Made by a program: the position numbers and the translations under genes. A stretch of 64,000 bases of DNA from Spirochaetia bacterium (lineage in GTDB: Bacteria; Spirochaetota; Spirochaetia; SZUA-6; Bin103). The stretch covers positions 384,001-448,000 of the forward strand of contig CBDBOV010000006.1 of assembly GCA_965208575.1 (NCBI GenBank). The letters run 5' to 3'. Below the pieces are notes generated by a model. It saw only the letters and a list, made by a program, of their open reading frames with translations, searched no databases and was not told the DNA's origin. Below are positions 54,028 to 64,000 of this stretch, piece by piece. How positions within the stretch are numbered: the stretch's first letter is position 1; each line of letters starts with the position of its first letter.

Positions 54028-54158
54028 CCGTTCCCGCACCGGCCGCGCCGGCGCCCGCTCAGCGCCGGCACGCGAACCGGGTCGGGCCGCCCGCACCGGC
54101 CCGCTCGCGCGCGATGCCGAGGACGGCCGGCGGCCCGTGGAACTGGGCCGTGGAGCTG

Positions 54159-55331
54159 CTAACGGTAGCGGACGACCACGAGCTTGCCGTCCTCGACCGC
54201 CATCTGCTGGTAGTTGCCCGCGCTTTCGCCCGCGCCCACCAGTTCCACCGCCGACGCGCCGACGTAGTCGACGTCGCCCCCGTCCGCGAGGATGCCGAGC
54301 GCCTTGGCCAGCTCACCGGGGAAGATCTGCTCGCCGGGCGCGTTGGCCACCGCCATCACGTGGTCCTTGAACTCCCCGCTGTCGGTCGACCCCGCCGCCT
54401 GCATGGCCAGCAGGATCAGGGCCGCCGCGTCGTACGACTCCTTCACGAACGGCTGGCTGGCCGACTCCAACATGTCGCCGAGCTTGGTGGCGCCGGGACT
54501 GTCGGTGCCGGGCACGGTGCCGATCGACCCGTCCAGGTCGGGTCCGATCGCCTCGACCAGGCTGTCGCCGATCATGCCGTCGGGGAGAAAGAAGCGGTCG
54601 AACGCGCCCGAATCGAGCGCCCCCTGGATGATGCCCTTGCCGCCCTGGTCGAGGTAGCCGGCCACGATCAGGATGTCGCCGCCGACCGCCGCGAGCGCGG
54701 CAACCTCGGCGCTGTAGTCGCCCTTGCCGTCTTCGTGCGGCGCGGAAATGGTGATGGTTCCGCCGCGCCCCGTGACGTTGGCCTCTATGCTGTCGGCGAG
54801 GCCCTTGCCGTAGTCGTTGTTGGTGTAGGTCATCGCGGCTTCCTCGATGCCCATCTCCTGCAGGATGTCGGCGATCACCTCGCCCTGCCGGGCGTCGGAC
54901 GGCGCGGTGCGGAAGAACAGCCCGTCGTCCTCGATGGTGGACAGCGCCGGCGAGGTGGCCGACGGGGAGATCATCACGATGCCGTTGGGCTTGGCCACCT
55001 GCTGCAGCATGGCGATGGTCACGCCCGAGCAGTCGCCGCCGACGATGGCATCGACCCGGTCGGCGGTGACCAGCCGTTCAGCGGCCGCAACCGCCGCGGC
55101 GGAGTCGATGCAGGTCGTATCGCCCCGGACCGAGGTCACCCGCAGGCCGCCGAGCAGCGCGCCGCTGTCGTTGACCTCCTTGATCGCGAAATCAGCGCCA
55201 TCTCCCATCGGCCCCACCAACGACTCGATCGGGCCGGTGAAGCCGAGCAGCACGCCGAGCTTGACATCGTCAGCGAACGCTGCACCGAGTGGCAACAGCA
55301 CCATCAACCCGAAAGCCGCAACACGTCTCAT
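54159..55331 (-). CDS. HAAT ABC transporter substrate-binding protein (LivK/LivJ family)
   Basis: Signal peptide, KLGVLLGFTGP, ISPSATSP, FFRTAPSD and YDAAAL. It is the C-terminal part of ORF 54159..58031. Confidence 0.9.
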   Translation of the reverse strand: MRRVAAFGLMVLLPLGAAFADDVKLGVLLGFTGPIESLVGPMGDGADFAIKEVNDSGALLGGLRVTSVRGDTTCIDSAAAVAAAERLVTADRVDAIVGGDCSGVTIAMLQQVAKPNGIVMISPSATSPALSTIEDDGLFFRTAPSDARQGEVIADILQEMGIEEAAMTYTNNDYGKGLADSIEANVTGRGGTITISAPHEDGKGDYSAEVAALAAVGGDILIVAGYLDQGGKGIIQGALDSGAFDRFFLPDGMIGDSLVEAIGPDLDGSIGTVPGTDSPGATKLGDMLESASQPFVKESYDAAALILLAMQAAGSTDSGEFKDHVMAVANAPGEQIFPGELAKALGILADGGDVDYVGASAVELVGAGESAGNYQQMAVEDGKLVVVRYR

Positions 55332-55413
55332 TCGAACACCTCCTGTGCTCCCTGTCCTGTTCGACTGCGCCCGAAGCCGGCCACCATGGCGACCTCGACC
55401 GTCTGCTGCCCAA

Positions 55414-55442
55414 AGTGTACCGCGAGTAACGAATCCGCACAA
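55414..55442 (-). promoter_or_regulatory. Candidate promoter of the Liv-type operon
   Basis: TTGTGC-N17-TACACT on the minus strand. Confidence 0.45.
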
Positions 55443-55468
55443 TCGAGTAACGAGTCGGCACAATCGAG
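55423..55468. repeat. 21-bp tandem duplication
   Basis: cgagtaacgaatccgcacaat / cgagtaacgagtcggcacaat / cgag (19/21 identical). Confidence 0.85.
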
Positions 55469-55545
55469 CATGGTTGCCCTGGGGGCCATTGGGAGGCGCG
55501 AAGGGAACGCGGGGACGCCGGGACGACGCCGGGACGCGCGCAAGG

Positions 55546-55574
55546 TTGACCGCCGGGCGCCGCCTGAATACTAT
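55546..55574 (+). promoter_or_regulatory. Sigma70-type promoter of fabH
   Basis: TTGACC-N17-TACTAT. Confidence 0.65.
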
Positions 55575-55739
55575 GGCAAGGCTATTCCGAGGATGCTGGC
55601 TGATCGGCGATGCGCGCACATCGATTCTCCCCGCCTCCCGTGTCACGGGGGCGACCGTGTCCACTCCACGCGGCGGGCCCGTTCCACGCGGCAGCCCGGC
55701 TGTGAGGTATTCATGCATGACGGATGCCGGAGGTAGCTG

Positions 55740-56720
55740 ATGGGAGCAGCAATTCGTGCGCTTGGCGCCTACGTGCCCCAACGGCGAATGTCGAATCACG
55801 AGTTCGAGCAGTTTCTCGACACCTCCGACGAATGGATTCAGTCCCACACCGGAATCAAGTTCCGCCACGTTGCGAGCGCGGATGAAGCGCCGTCCGACCT
55901 GGGATTCCGGGCCGCCGAACAAGCGCTCGACCGCGCCGGCCTGTCGCCCGATCAACTGGGCATGGTCCTGGTCGCCACCGCCTCCGGCGACCACCTCGGG
56001 TTTCCATCCACCGCGTGCATCATTCAGGACAAGCTGGGCGCCCGCAACTCGGCCGCCATGGACCTGCTGGTGGGTTGCACCGGGTTCGTGTACGGGTTGG
56101 AGACGGCCAAGGGGTTGATCGCCTCGGGTGCGGCGGAGCACATCCTGCTGGTCGGCAGCGAAGTGCTCACCCGCATCATGGACTGGGAGGATCGCAACAC
56201 CGCCGTACTGTTCGGCGACGGCGCAGGCGCCGCGGTGATCTCCCACTCCAACAACGGATGCGGCATCCTGGACTCGTTTCTGCGCTCCGACGGCTCCGGT
56301 GCACGGGCGCTGGCACGCGAGGCGGGCGGCACCCGCAGCCCGTTCAAGCCGGGTGAGACCGATCATCGCGAGCTGCTCCTCAAGATGGAGGGGCGCATGG
56401 TATATAACTTCGCCGTACAAGTAATTGTCGATACCGTGACGACCATCCTCAAGCGCAACGGGCTGACCATAGCCGACATCAAGTACATCGTTCCCCATCA
56501 AGCCAACGAACGGATCATCGAAGCCGCGGCCAAGCGCAGCCGCATACCGCGGGACAAGTTCTTCGTGAACATCGCCGAATATGCGAACACGTCGGCGGCC
56601 ACCATACCGATCGCCCTCAACGACCTGGTGGAGCGGGAGTTGCTCGATGAGGGAGACCTGATCGTGACGGCGGGCTTCGGCGCCGGTCTGACGTTCGGCG
56701 GCAATCTCGTGCGCTGGTAG
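55740..56720 (+). CDS. fabH: Beta-ketoacyl-ACP synthase III
   Basis: Motifs DTSDEWI, GCTGF, LFGDGAGA, PHQAN and NTSAA. Confidence 0.95.
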   Translation: MGAAIRALGAYVPQRRMSNHEFEQFLDTSDEWIQSHTGIKFRHVASADEAPSDLGFRAAEQALDRAGLSPDQLGMVLVATASGDHLGFPSTACIIQDKLGARNSAAMDLLVGCTGFVYGLETAKGLIASGAAEHILLVGSEVLTRIMDWEDRNTAVLFGDGAGAAVISHSNNGCGILDSFLRSDGSGARALAREAGGTRSPFKPGETDHRELLLKMEGRMVYNFAVQVIVDTVTTILKRNGLTIADIKYIVPHQANERIIEAAAKRSRIPRDKFFVNIAEYANTSAATIPIALNDLVERELLDEGDLIVTAGFGAGLTFGGNLVRW

Positions 56721-56723
56721 CGG

Positions 56724-58171
<1,448 letters not shown>

Positions 58172-58175
<4 letters not shown>

Positions 58176-58273
58176 CCCGCGCCGCCGAGCTGGGAGCGCA
58201 GTACGCCACGGTGGAGGAGATCCTGGAGCAGCCGTCGCCGCTCGGCGGGCGCCTCGCGCAAGGCCGGGGCTGA
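58172..58273 (+). pseudogene. 33-aa ORF, possible remnant of an SIS-domain (AgaS/GlmS-like) gene
   Basis: ATGA overlap with the OYE stop. [24 protein letters not shown] resembles the T..EI..QP start of SIS proteins. Confidence 0.4.
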
Positions 58274-58275
58274 CC

Positions 58276-59148
58276 GTGGCCGGGGGGCGCCGCGACCGCG
58301 CGCAGCAGGTGGCGGTGCTGCGGGTACGGGGCACGGACAGCCACCGGACGCCCGACCTGCTGGCGGTCGAGGAACCGCTGGAGATTCGCGTCGGGCGTGC
58401 CGGCGCCCCGGCGAACGAGGGAGAGCGCAACGTGGCCGTGACCATGCGCACGCCCGGCCACGACTTCGAGCTCGCGGCCGGGTTCCTGTTCAACGAGGGC
58501 TTTGTCCGCCGCCCCGGCGACCTGGTCGACGTCCGCTACTGCCCGCGCGAGGACAACGTGGTGCGCGCTTCGCTGGCCGGCGATGCCAGCCACATCGCGG
58601 ACCGCGGAGCCGATGCCCGCGGCGAGCGCCTGCCGGCGACCGCGAGTTGCGGCGTGTGCGGCAAGGACTCCATTGCCGCGGTGCTGGCCACCGTTCCGGA
58701 GCCCGTGGCCGCGGACGATGCCGAATGCGGCCCGCACGTGGACGTGGCGGTGCTGCACGGCCTGCCGGAGGAGTTGCGCCGCCACCAGCGCACGTTCGCG
58801 CAGACCGGCGGACTGCATGCGGCGGCGTGGTTCGGCGCCGCCGGCGGGCTGCGGCTGCTGCGCGAGGACATCGGACGCCACAACGCGCTCGACAAGCTGA
58901 TCGGCCACGCACTGCTCGCCGGCGCGCTGCCGCTGCGCGATGCGGTGGTGCTGTTCAGCGGGCGTACCGGTTTCGAGCTGGTGCAGAAGGCAGCATGTGC
59001 CGGCATCCGCTTCCTGGCGGCGGTCGGCGCCCCCTCCAGCCTGGCGTGCGAGCTGGCGCACGAGTTGCGCATCACCCTGGTCGGCTTCCTGCGCGACGGG
59101 CGGTGCAACATTTACACCGGCGCCGGCCGGGTCACAGGGATCGCATAG
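58276..59148 (+). CDS. fdhD: Formate dehydrogenase accessory sulfurtransferase
   Basis: Motifs LAVEEPLEIR, MRTPG, SCGVCGK, TGGLHAA and EDIGRHNALDK. Confidence 0.95.
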   Translation: MAGGRRDRAQQVAVLRVRGTDSHRTPDLLAVEEPLEIRVGRAGAPANEGERNVAVTMRTPGHDFELAAGFLFNEGFVRRPGDLVDVRYCPREDNVVRASLAGDASHIADRGADARGERLPATASCGVCGKDSIAAVLATVPEPVAADDAECGPHVDVAVLHGLPEELRRHQRTFAQTGGLHAAAWFGAAGGLRLLREDIGRHNALDKLIGHALLAGALPLRDAVVLFSGRTGFELVQKAACAGIRFLAAVGAPSSLACELAHELRITLVGFLRDGRCNIYTGAGRVTGIA

Positions 59149-59195
59149 CGGCTCGAAATCGCCGCCTTCGGCGCCGCGTCCGGCCGGCCCGCAGC

Positions 59196-60134
59196 TCAGC
59201 TTCGCTCCGGCTGCTCGGGGCGGTTTTGCACGAACTGGAAGCCGAAGCGCCCCTTGATGCACAGGTGACCGTGGGTCACCGAGTGGTCCGCCGGCGAGGT
59301 GACCTTGACGATCTCCTCGTCCTGTACATGCAGTTCCAGGTTGCAGCCCACGCCGCAGTAGGAGCACACCGTGCGGGTCACCTCCTGGCGCGACTCGTCC
59401 CAGGTGCCGGCAGCGCGGTGATCGAACTCGCTCTTGAACATGAGCGCCCCGGTCGGACACACGCCGATGCAGTTGCCGCAGTAGACGCACGCCGAATCGG
59501 GCAGCGGCTGCTCGTATTCGGTGGCGATGCGGGCATCGAAGCCGCGCCCCGCCACCGCGATGGCGAACGTGTTCTGGGCGTCCTCGCCGCACGCCTCGAC
59601 GCACTTGTAGCACAGGATGCAGCGCTTGTAGTCGCGCACGTACAGGTCGTCCTGCACCTTGGCGGGCTGGCCGACGGTGGCCGCGGCGGTCCCGTCGGGG
59701 ACGGCGTGGTGGCCGGCGTGCTGCCGTTCCCGCTCGCCCGGCGCGGCGTCCGGCGCCGGCTGGCCGAACCGCTCCGGCTCGGCGCCGTAGGCCGCCTGCC
59801 AGCGCTGCACAGCCTCACCGGCGCAACTGAGGTCCACCGAGGAGGCGAGCAGCTCCAGCACCAGGCGGCGGCTGTGGCGCACGCGCTCGGAGTCGGTACG
59901 CACCTGCATGCCATCGGCGGCGGTGCGCGCGCACGCCGGCACCAGGGTACGTGAACCCTCCAGTTCGACCACGCACACGCGGCAGGCGTTGACCGGGGTC
60001 AGGTTGTCGGCGAAGCACATGGTGGGGGTGTCGATCGCCAACTGCCGGCAGGCATCGAGAATGGTGGCGCCCTCCGCCACCTGGACCGTGCGCCCATCCA
60101 CCGTGAGGGTCACGCCGCGCTGCGACTCGTTCAT
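59196..60134 (-). CDS. Fe-S subunit of NAD-linked formate dehydrogenase (2Fe-2S, 2x4Fe-4S, and molybdopterin-enzyme 4Fe-4S domain)
   Basis: Motifs CRVCVVE...C, CILCYKC, CVYCGNCIGVCP and CSYCGVGC...LCIKG. Confidence 0.9.
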   Translation of the reverse strand: MNESQRGVTLTVDGRTVQVAEGATILDACRQLAIDTPTMCFADNLTPVNACRVCVVELEGSRTLVPACARTAADGMQVRTDSERVRHSRRLVLELLASSVDLSCAGEAVQRWQAAYGAEPERFGQPAPDAAPGERERQHAGHHAVPDGTAAATVGQPAKVQDDLYVRDYKRCILCYKCVEACGEDAQNTFAIAVAGRGFDARIATEYEQPLPDSACVYCGNCIGVCPTGALMFKSEFDHRAAGTWDESRQEVTRTVCSYCGVGCNLELHVQDEEIVKVTSPADHSVTHGHLCIKGRFGFQFVQNRPEQPERS

Positions 60135-62294
60135 TTATCCTTCTCCGTTGCGATCGAGCAGCCCGAGACGCAACGCCGACTGCAATGCCGAGGCCGCCGT
60201 GTGGCCGAGGCCGCAGATCGATGCGTCGTTCATGACCTGTGCCAGGTCGGCGAGCAGCGCGTGCTCCGCGCCGCCGCCGGCGGCCCACCGCTGCAGCGCT
60301 TCTTCCTGGCGCACCGTGCCCACCCGGCACGGCACGCACTGGCCGCACGACTCGTCGCGGAAGAACTGCGCGATGCGGCGGACGATGTCGAGGAAGTCGG
60401 TGCCGGGTGCGAATGGCATCACGACGCCGGAGCCGAGCGTGGTGCCGGCGGCGCGCGTGTCCTCGAAGGTGAGCGGCAGATCGAAGTGCTCCGGGCCGAC
60501 AAAGCTGCCGGCGGCGCCGCCGAGCAGGATGGCGCGCGGCTGACCGCCGGTGGTGCCGCCGGCCAGCGCCAGCAGGTCGCGCAGGGTGGTGCCGAACTCC
60601 ACCTCGTAGACGCCCGGCGCGGCGACGGCGCCGGACAGGCAGAACAACTTGGGGCCGGAGGACTGCCCGGTGCCGACGGCCGCGTAGGCACGGCCGCCGT
60701 CGCGCACGATCGGCAGCAGGTTGATCAGCGTCTCCACGTTGTTGACCGCGGTCGGCTTGCCGAACAGCCCCGCCTCGGTCGGATAGGGCGGCTTGCTGCG
60801 CGGCTCGCCGCGGAATCCCTCCAGCGAGTTGAACAGCGCCGTCTCTTCGCCGCAGATATAGGCTCCCGCACCGCGCCGCACTTCGACGTCGAAGTCGACC
60901 CCGAGACCCATGATGTCGCGCCCGAGCAGGCCCCAGGCGCGCGCCTGCGCGATGGCATGCAGCAGGCGGCGCGTGGCCAGCGGGTACTCGCCGCGGATAT
61001 ACAGGTAGCCGGTGGCGGCGCCGGTGGTGAAGCCGGCGATCACCAGCGCCTCGATCACGGCGAAGGGATCCTGCTCCATCACCACCCGATCCTTGAACGT
61101 ACCCGGCTCCGACTCGTCGGCGTTGCACACCACGTAGTGCGGGCGCGCCGCGGCGCCCGCTACCGCCTCCCACTTGGCGGCGGTCGGGAAGGCGGCGCCG
61201 CCGCGGCCCTGCAGCCGGGAGTCGCGCAGCTCGCGCAGCACGCCGGCGGGTCCGAGCTCAACGGCGCGGCGCAGCGCGGCGCAGCCGCCGTGGCGGCGGT
61301 AGTCGCTGAGGCTCTCGGGATCGGCCCGCCCTACCCGCCGCAGCAGGATCAACTCCGCGGCGGCGGCCGGGTCGGCCGCCTGCGGTACGGAGTGCAGCGC
61401 GGACGGTCCGGCAGCGCGCGCCCGACCGGCGGCCGGGCGCGCGGCGGGCGTACCGGGGGCAGCGCCGGCGGGCCGGCGGCCGGCCGCGTTGCCGGCATCG
61501 GGATCGTCGCCGTGCGGCCCCGCGGCGGCTGGTGCAGCCACCGGTGCGGCATGGGGGGCGGCACGGTCGGGCGCCGCACCGGCGGTCCGTTCGAGCGCGG
61601 TGCAGACCGCATCGGCGGTGGCCGGAGCCAGGGTGGCGCCGGGTTCGCCGGCCAGTTGCAGCAGTACCGCGGGGGCCGCCTCGCACAGCCCCAGGCAGGG
61701 GCTGGTTACCCATGTCGCATGCGCGTCGGCAGAGTGACCCGCGCCGGCTTCGGCAGCGGTACCGCCCGCGCCCGGCCGGTCGACGCCGTTGCCGCCCGCG
61801 CCGCTGCCGTGGCCGGGAGCGCCGTAGTGCGCGGCCTTCGCCGGCACGCCGTCGTGGTGCGCGGGGCCGAGCCGCTGCGCGAGCCGGCGGCACAGCTCCA
61901 GCGCGCCGGCGCCACGGCAGGCGATGTCGTCGCACACGTGAGCCACGCGCGGCGGTTGCTCGGTAGTGGCTAGCAGGGAGTAGAAGGTGGCCACTCCGTA
62001 GGCCTCGGCCGGCGGCACGCCGAGGCGTTCGCTGACGTAGTTCAGCGCCGTCGGGCTGATCCAGCCGACCGCGTCCTGGACGCCGTTCAGCGCCGGCAGC
62101 AGCAGGTGGCGGACGCGGTGCCGGGCGCGTGTTCCGCCGATCCCTGCCCGGCCGCCCGCGCCGGCCTGCCCGGGCGCGCCGCCGGCGTCAGGGAGCAGGG
62201 CGCCCTCGGCGGGCGAACGGACGCCGGCCAGCACCGCGTCGACCGCGGCCCGTTCGGCGTCGGTGGGCGGTGCGGCGGAGAGGTGCAGATCCAT
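60135..62294 (-). CDS. NuoE-NuoF (FdsG-FdsB-like) fused diaphorase subunit
   Basis: Motifs VATFY, CDDIAC...CLGLC, GRGGAAFPT, NADESEPGTFKD, GAYICGEETAL and ESCGQCVPC. Confidence 0.92.
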   Translation of the reverse strand: MDLHLSAAPPTDAERAAVDAVLAGVRSPAEGALLPDAGGAPGQAGAGGRAGIGGTRARHRVRHLLLPALNGVQDAVGWISPTALNYVSERLGVPPAEAYGVATFYSLLATTEQPPRVAHVCDDIACRGAGALELCRRLAQRLGPAHHDGVPAKAAHYGAPGHGSGAGGNGVDRPGAGGTAAEAGAGHSADAHATWVTSPCLGLCEAAPAVLLQLAGEPGATLAPATADAVCTALERTAGAAPDRAAPHAAPVAAPAAAGPHGDDPDAGNAAGRRPAGAAPGTPAARPAAGRARAAGPSALHSVPQAADPAAAAELILLRRVGRADPESLSDYRRHGGCAALRRAVELGPAGVLRELRDSRLQGRGGAAFPTAAKWEAVAGAAARPHYVVCNADESEPGTFKDRVVMEQDPFAVIEALVIAGFTTGAATGYLYIRGEYPLATRRLLHAIAQARAWGLLGRDIMGLGVDFDVEVRRGAGAYICGEETALFNSLEGFRGEPRSKPPYPTEAGLFGKPTAVNNVETLINLLPIVRDGGRAYAAVGTGQSSGPKLFCLSGAVAAPGVYEVEFGTTLRDLLALAGGTTGGQPRAILLGGAAGSFVGPEHFDLPLTFEDTRAAGTTLGSGVVMPFAPGTDFLDIVRRIAQFFRDESCGQCVPCRVGTVRQEEALQRWAAGGGAEHALLADLAQVMNDASICGLGHTAASALQSALRLGLLDRNGEG

Positions 62295-64000
62295 CAGCGG
62301 GCGGCGCCTGCCGACGCGGCCAGCTTGTCGATGCGGATGGCGGTGGCCTTGAATTCGGCGGTACCGGACTTGCGGTCCCAGGCGTCGATGGTGAGCCGGT
62401 TGGTATCCACGCGATCCGGGAAATGCAGGGTCATGAACACCAGGCCGGGGCGCAGCCCGTCGACGTACCGGGCGGTGACCTCGAGCGCGCCGCGGCGCGA
62501 GCTCACCCGTACCCGCTCGCCGTCTTCGACGCCGAGCCGGCGGCCATCTTCGGAACAGATGTCGACCGTGTCACCGGTGCGAATCGGCGACCGGTACCCG
62601 CCGGTCTGTACTCCCGTGTTGTAGGAGTCGAGGGTGCGGCCGGTAGTCAGGCGCAACGGGAACTGCTCGTCGAGCACGTCCACCGGAGGCTGGTGCTCAA
62701 GCGCGTGAAACGGCGCGGCGGGTCCTTCCAGCGGAACCCGCCACAGGCGGTCGTGCAGGATCGGGCTGCCGGGGTGGCGGTCGTGCGGGCACGGCCACTG
62801 AATGCCGCCCATCGCCTCGAGGCGCGCGTAGCTCATGCCGGTGTGCATCGGCGACAGGGAGCGCAGCTCGTCCCACACCTGCTCGGCGGTCGGCGCACCC
62901 CAGTCGTGACCGAGCAGGCGCGCGAGCGCGCACAGGATCGCCATGTCATCGCGCGCCCCGCCGGGCGGCGGCAGCGCCTTGCGCACCCGCTGCACGCGCC
63001 GCTCGCTGCTGGTGACGGTGCCTTCCGACTCCGCCCACGAGGCCGCCGCCGGCAGCACCACGTCCGCCATCCGGGCGGTGCGGGTAAGGAAAATGTCCTG
63101 CACGATGAGGTGGTCGAGGCCGCCGAGCAGGCTGCGCGCGCGCTCGCCGTCCGCCTCCGACTGCGCCGGGTTCTCGCCGATCACGTACAGCGTGGTCAGG
63201 TCGCCGTGCTCCATCGCCTCGAACATCTGCGACAGGTGCCAGCCGTTGGCGGACGGCACCGGTACGCCCCAGGCGGCCTCGAACCGGGCGCGCAGCGTGT
63301 CGTTCTCGACGTCCTGGAAGCCGGGCAGCTTGTTGGGCAGAGCGCCCATGTCGCCGCCGCCCTGCACGTTGTTCTGGCCGCGCAATGGGTTGAGACCGGA
63401 GCCGTAGCGGCCCACGTGGCCGGTGAGCAGCGCGAGGTTGATCAGGGCGAGCACGTTGTCCACCGCGTTGTGATGCTCGGTGATGCCGAGCGTCCAGCAG
63501 AGCTGGGCGCGGTCGGCGCTGGCGTAGGCGTGTGCCAGGCTGCGGATCGCCGCCGCCGGCACACCGGTCAGCTGTTCGCCGCGTTGCAGGGTAAAGGGCT
63601 CGACCGAGCGGCGGTAGTCGTCGAACCCGGCGGTGGCGTGCTCGATGAAGGCACGGTTCTCCAGGCCGGCGGCGATGATCTCGCGCGCCACCGTGTTGGA
63701 CAGTGCCACGTCGGAGCCCACGTCGAGCCCGAGCCACAGGTCCGCCCACTGCGCGGAGCTGGTGCGGCGCGGGTCCACGGTGATCATGCGCGCGCCGTTG
63801 TTGATCCCCTTCAACACGTGGTGGAAGAAGATCGGATGGGTCTCGCGCGCGTTGGAGCCCCACAGGATGATGAGGTCGGTGTCCTCCACCTCGCGGTAGG
63901 AACTGGTGCCGCCCCCGGCACCGAATACCGTCGCCAGACCGACGACGCTCGGTGCGTGTCAGGTGCGGTTACAGCTATCGATGTTGTTGCTGCCGACCGC
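62294..64000 (-). CDS. Selenocysteine-containing formate dehydrogenase catalytic subunit (5' part outside the window)
   Basis: The frame reads AVGSNNIDSCNRT-UGA(63961-63959)-HAPSVVGL and continues into ORF 62294..63889 with LRGQNNVQG. Confidence 0.93.
63929..63947 (-). promoter_or_regulatory. Bacterial SECIS hairpin downstream of the in-frame UGA
   Basis: mRNA CGUCGUC-GGUCU-GGCGACG starts 11 nt after UGA, the same spacing and GGUCU apex as the E. coli fdhF SECIS. Confidence 0.8.

Noticed and set aside
63959-63961. FDH pseudogene caused by a premature stop
   Set aside because: The TGA is exactly at the Cys/Sec ligand position and is followed by a SECIS-like hairpin.

Overview
A very GC-rich (visibly about 70%, not computed) bacterial chromosome segment made mostly of housekeeping genes. 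It is probably from a Spirochaetota: groEL lacks an upstream groES, rplM-rpsI-recX and cysS-ECF sigma-anti-sigma are linked, UMP kinase is archaeal-type, MurE has a DEDxR motif, and a FemABX-family transferase is present. In order, it contains: partial groEL; birA; a 2-oxoacid dehydrogenase E1a/E1b/E2 operon; tRNA-Cys; an ECF sigma operon; cysS; a macrodomain-NFACT-pseudokinase-murD operon; DUF2089/DUF4097/FemABX divergent from hflKC-murE; eno; recX-rpsI-rplM; yccA; uvrD; lolA; a serA-like gene; pyrH; tRNA-Leu; argS; fabDGF; katG; a Liv-type ABC transporter; fabH; an OYE-family flavoprotein; fdhD; and a selenocysteine-containing NAD-linked formate dehydrogenase cut by the window end. I found no CRISPR array, integrase, transposase or prophage. 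The most unusual signal is non-coding. Many gene boundaries and promoters carry short tandem duplications of their own local sequence (units of 11-42 bp), and the longer ones decay away from the functional copy. Other items worth checking are an AT-rich 42-bp palindromic operator candidate at the DUF2089/hflK divergence, three apparent pseudoenzymes (kinase-like, transglutaminase-like, aminotransferase-like), and an unknown gene head-to-head with tRNA-Cys and coupled to pdhA. All family calls come from motif recognition by eye; no database search was run.
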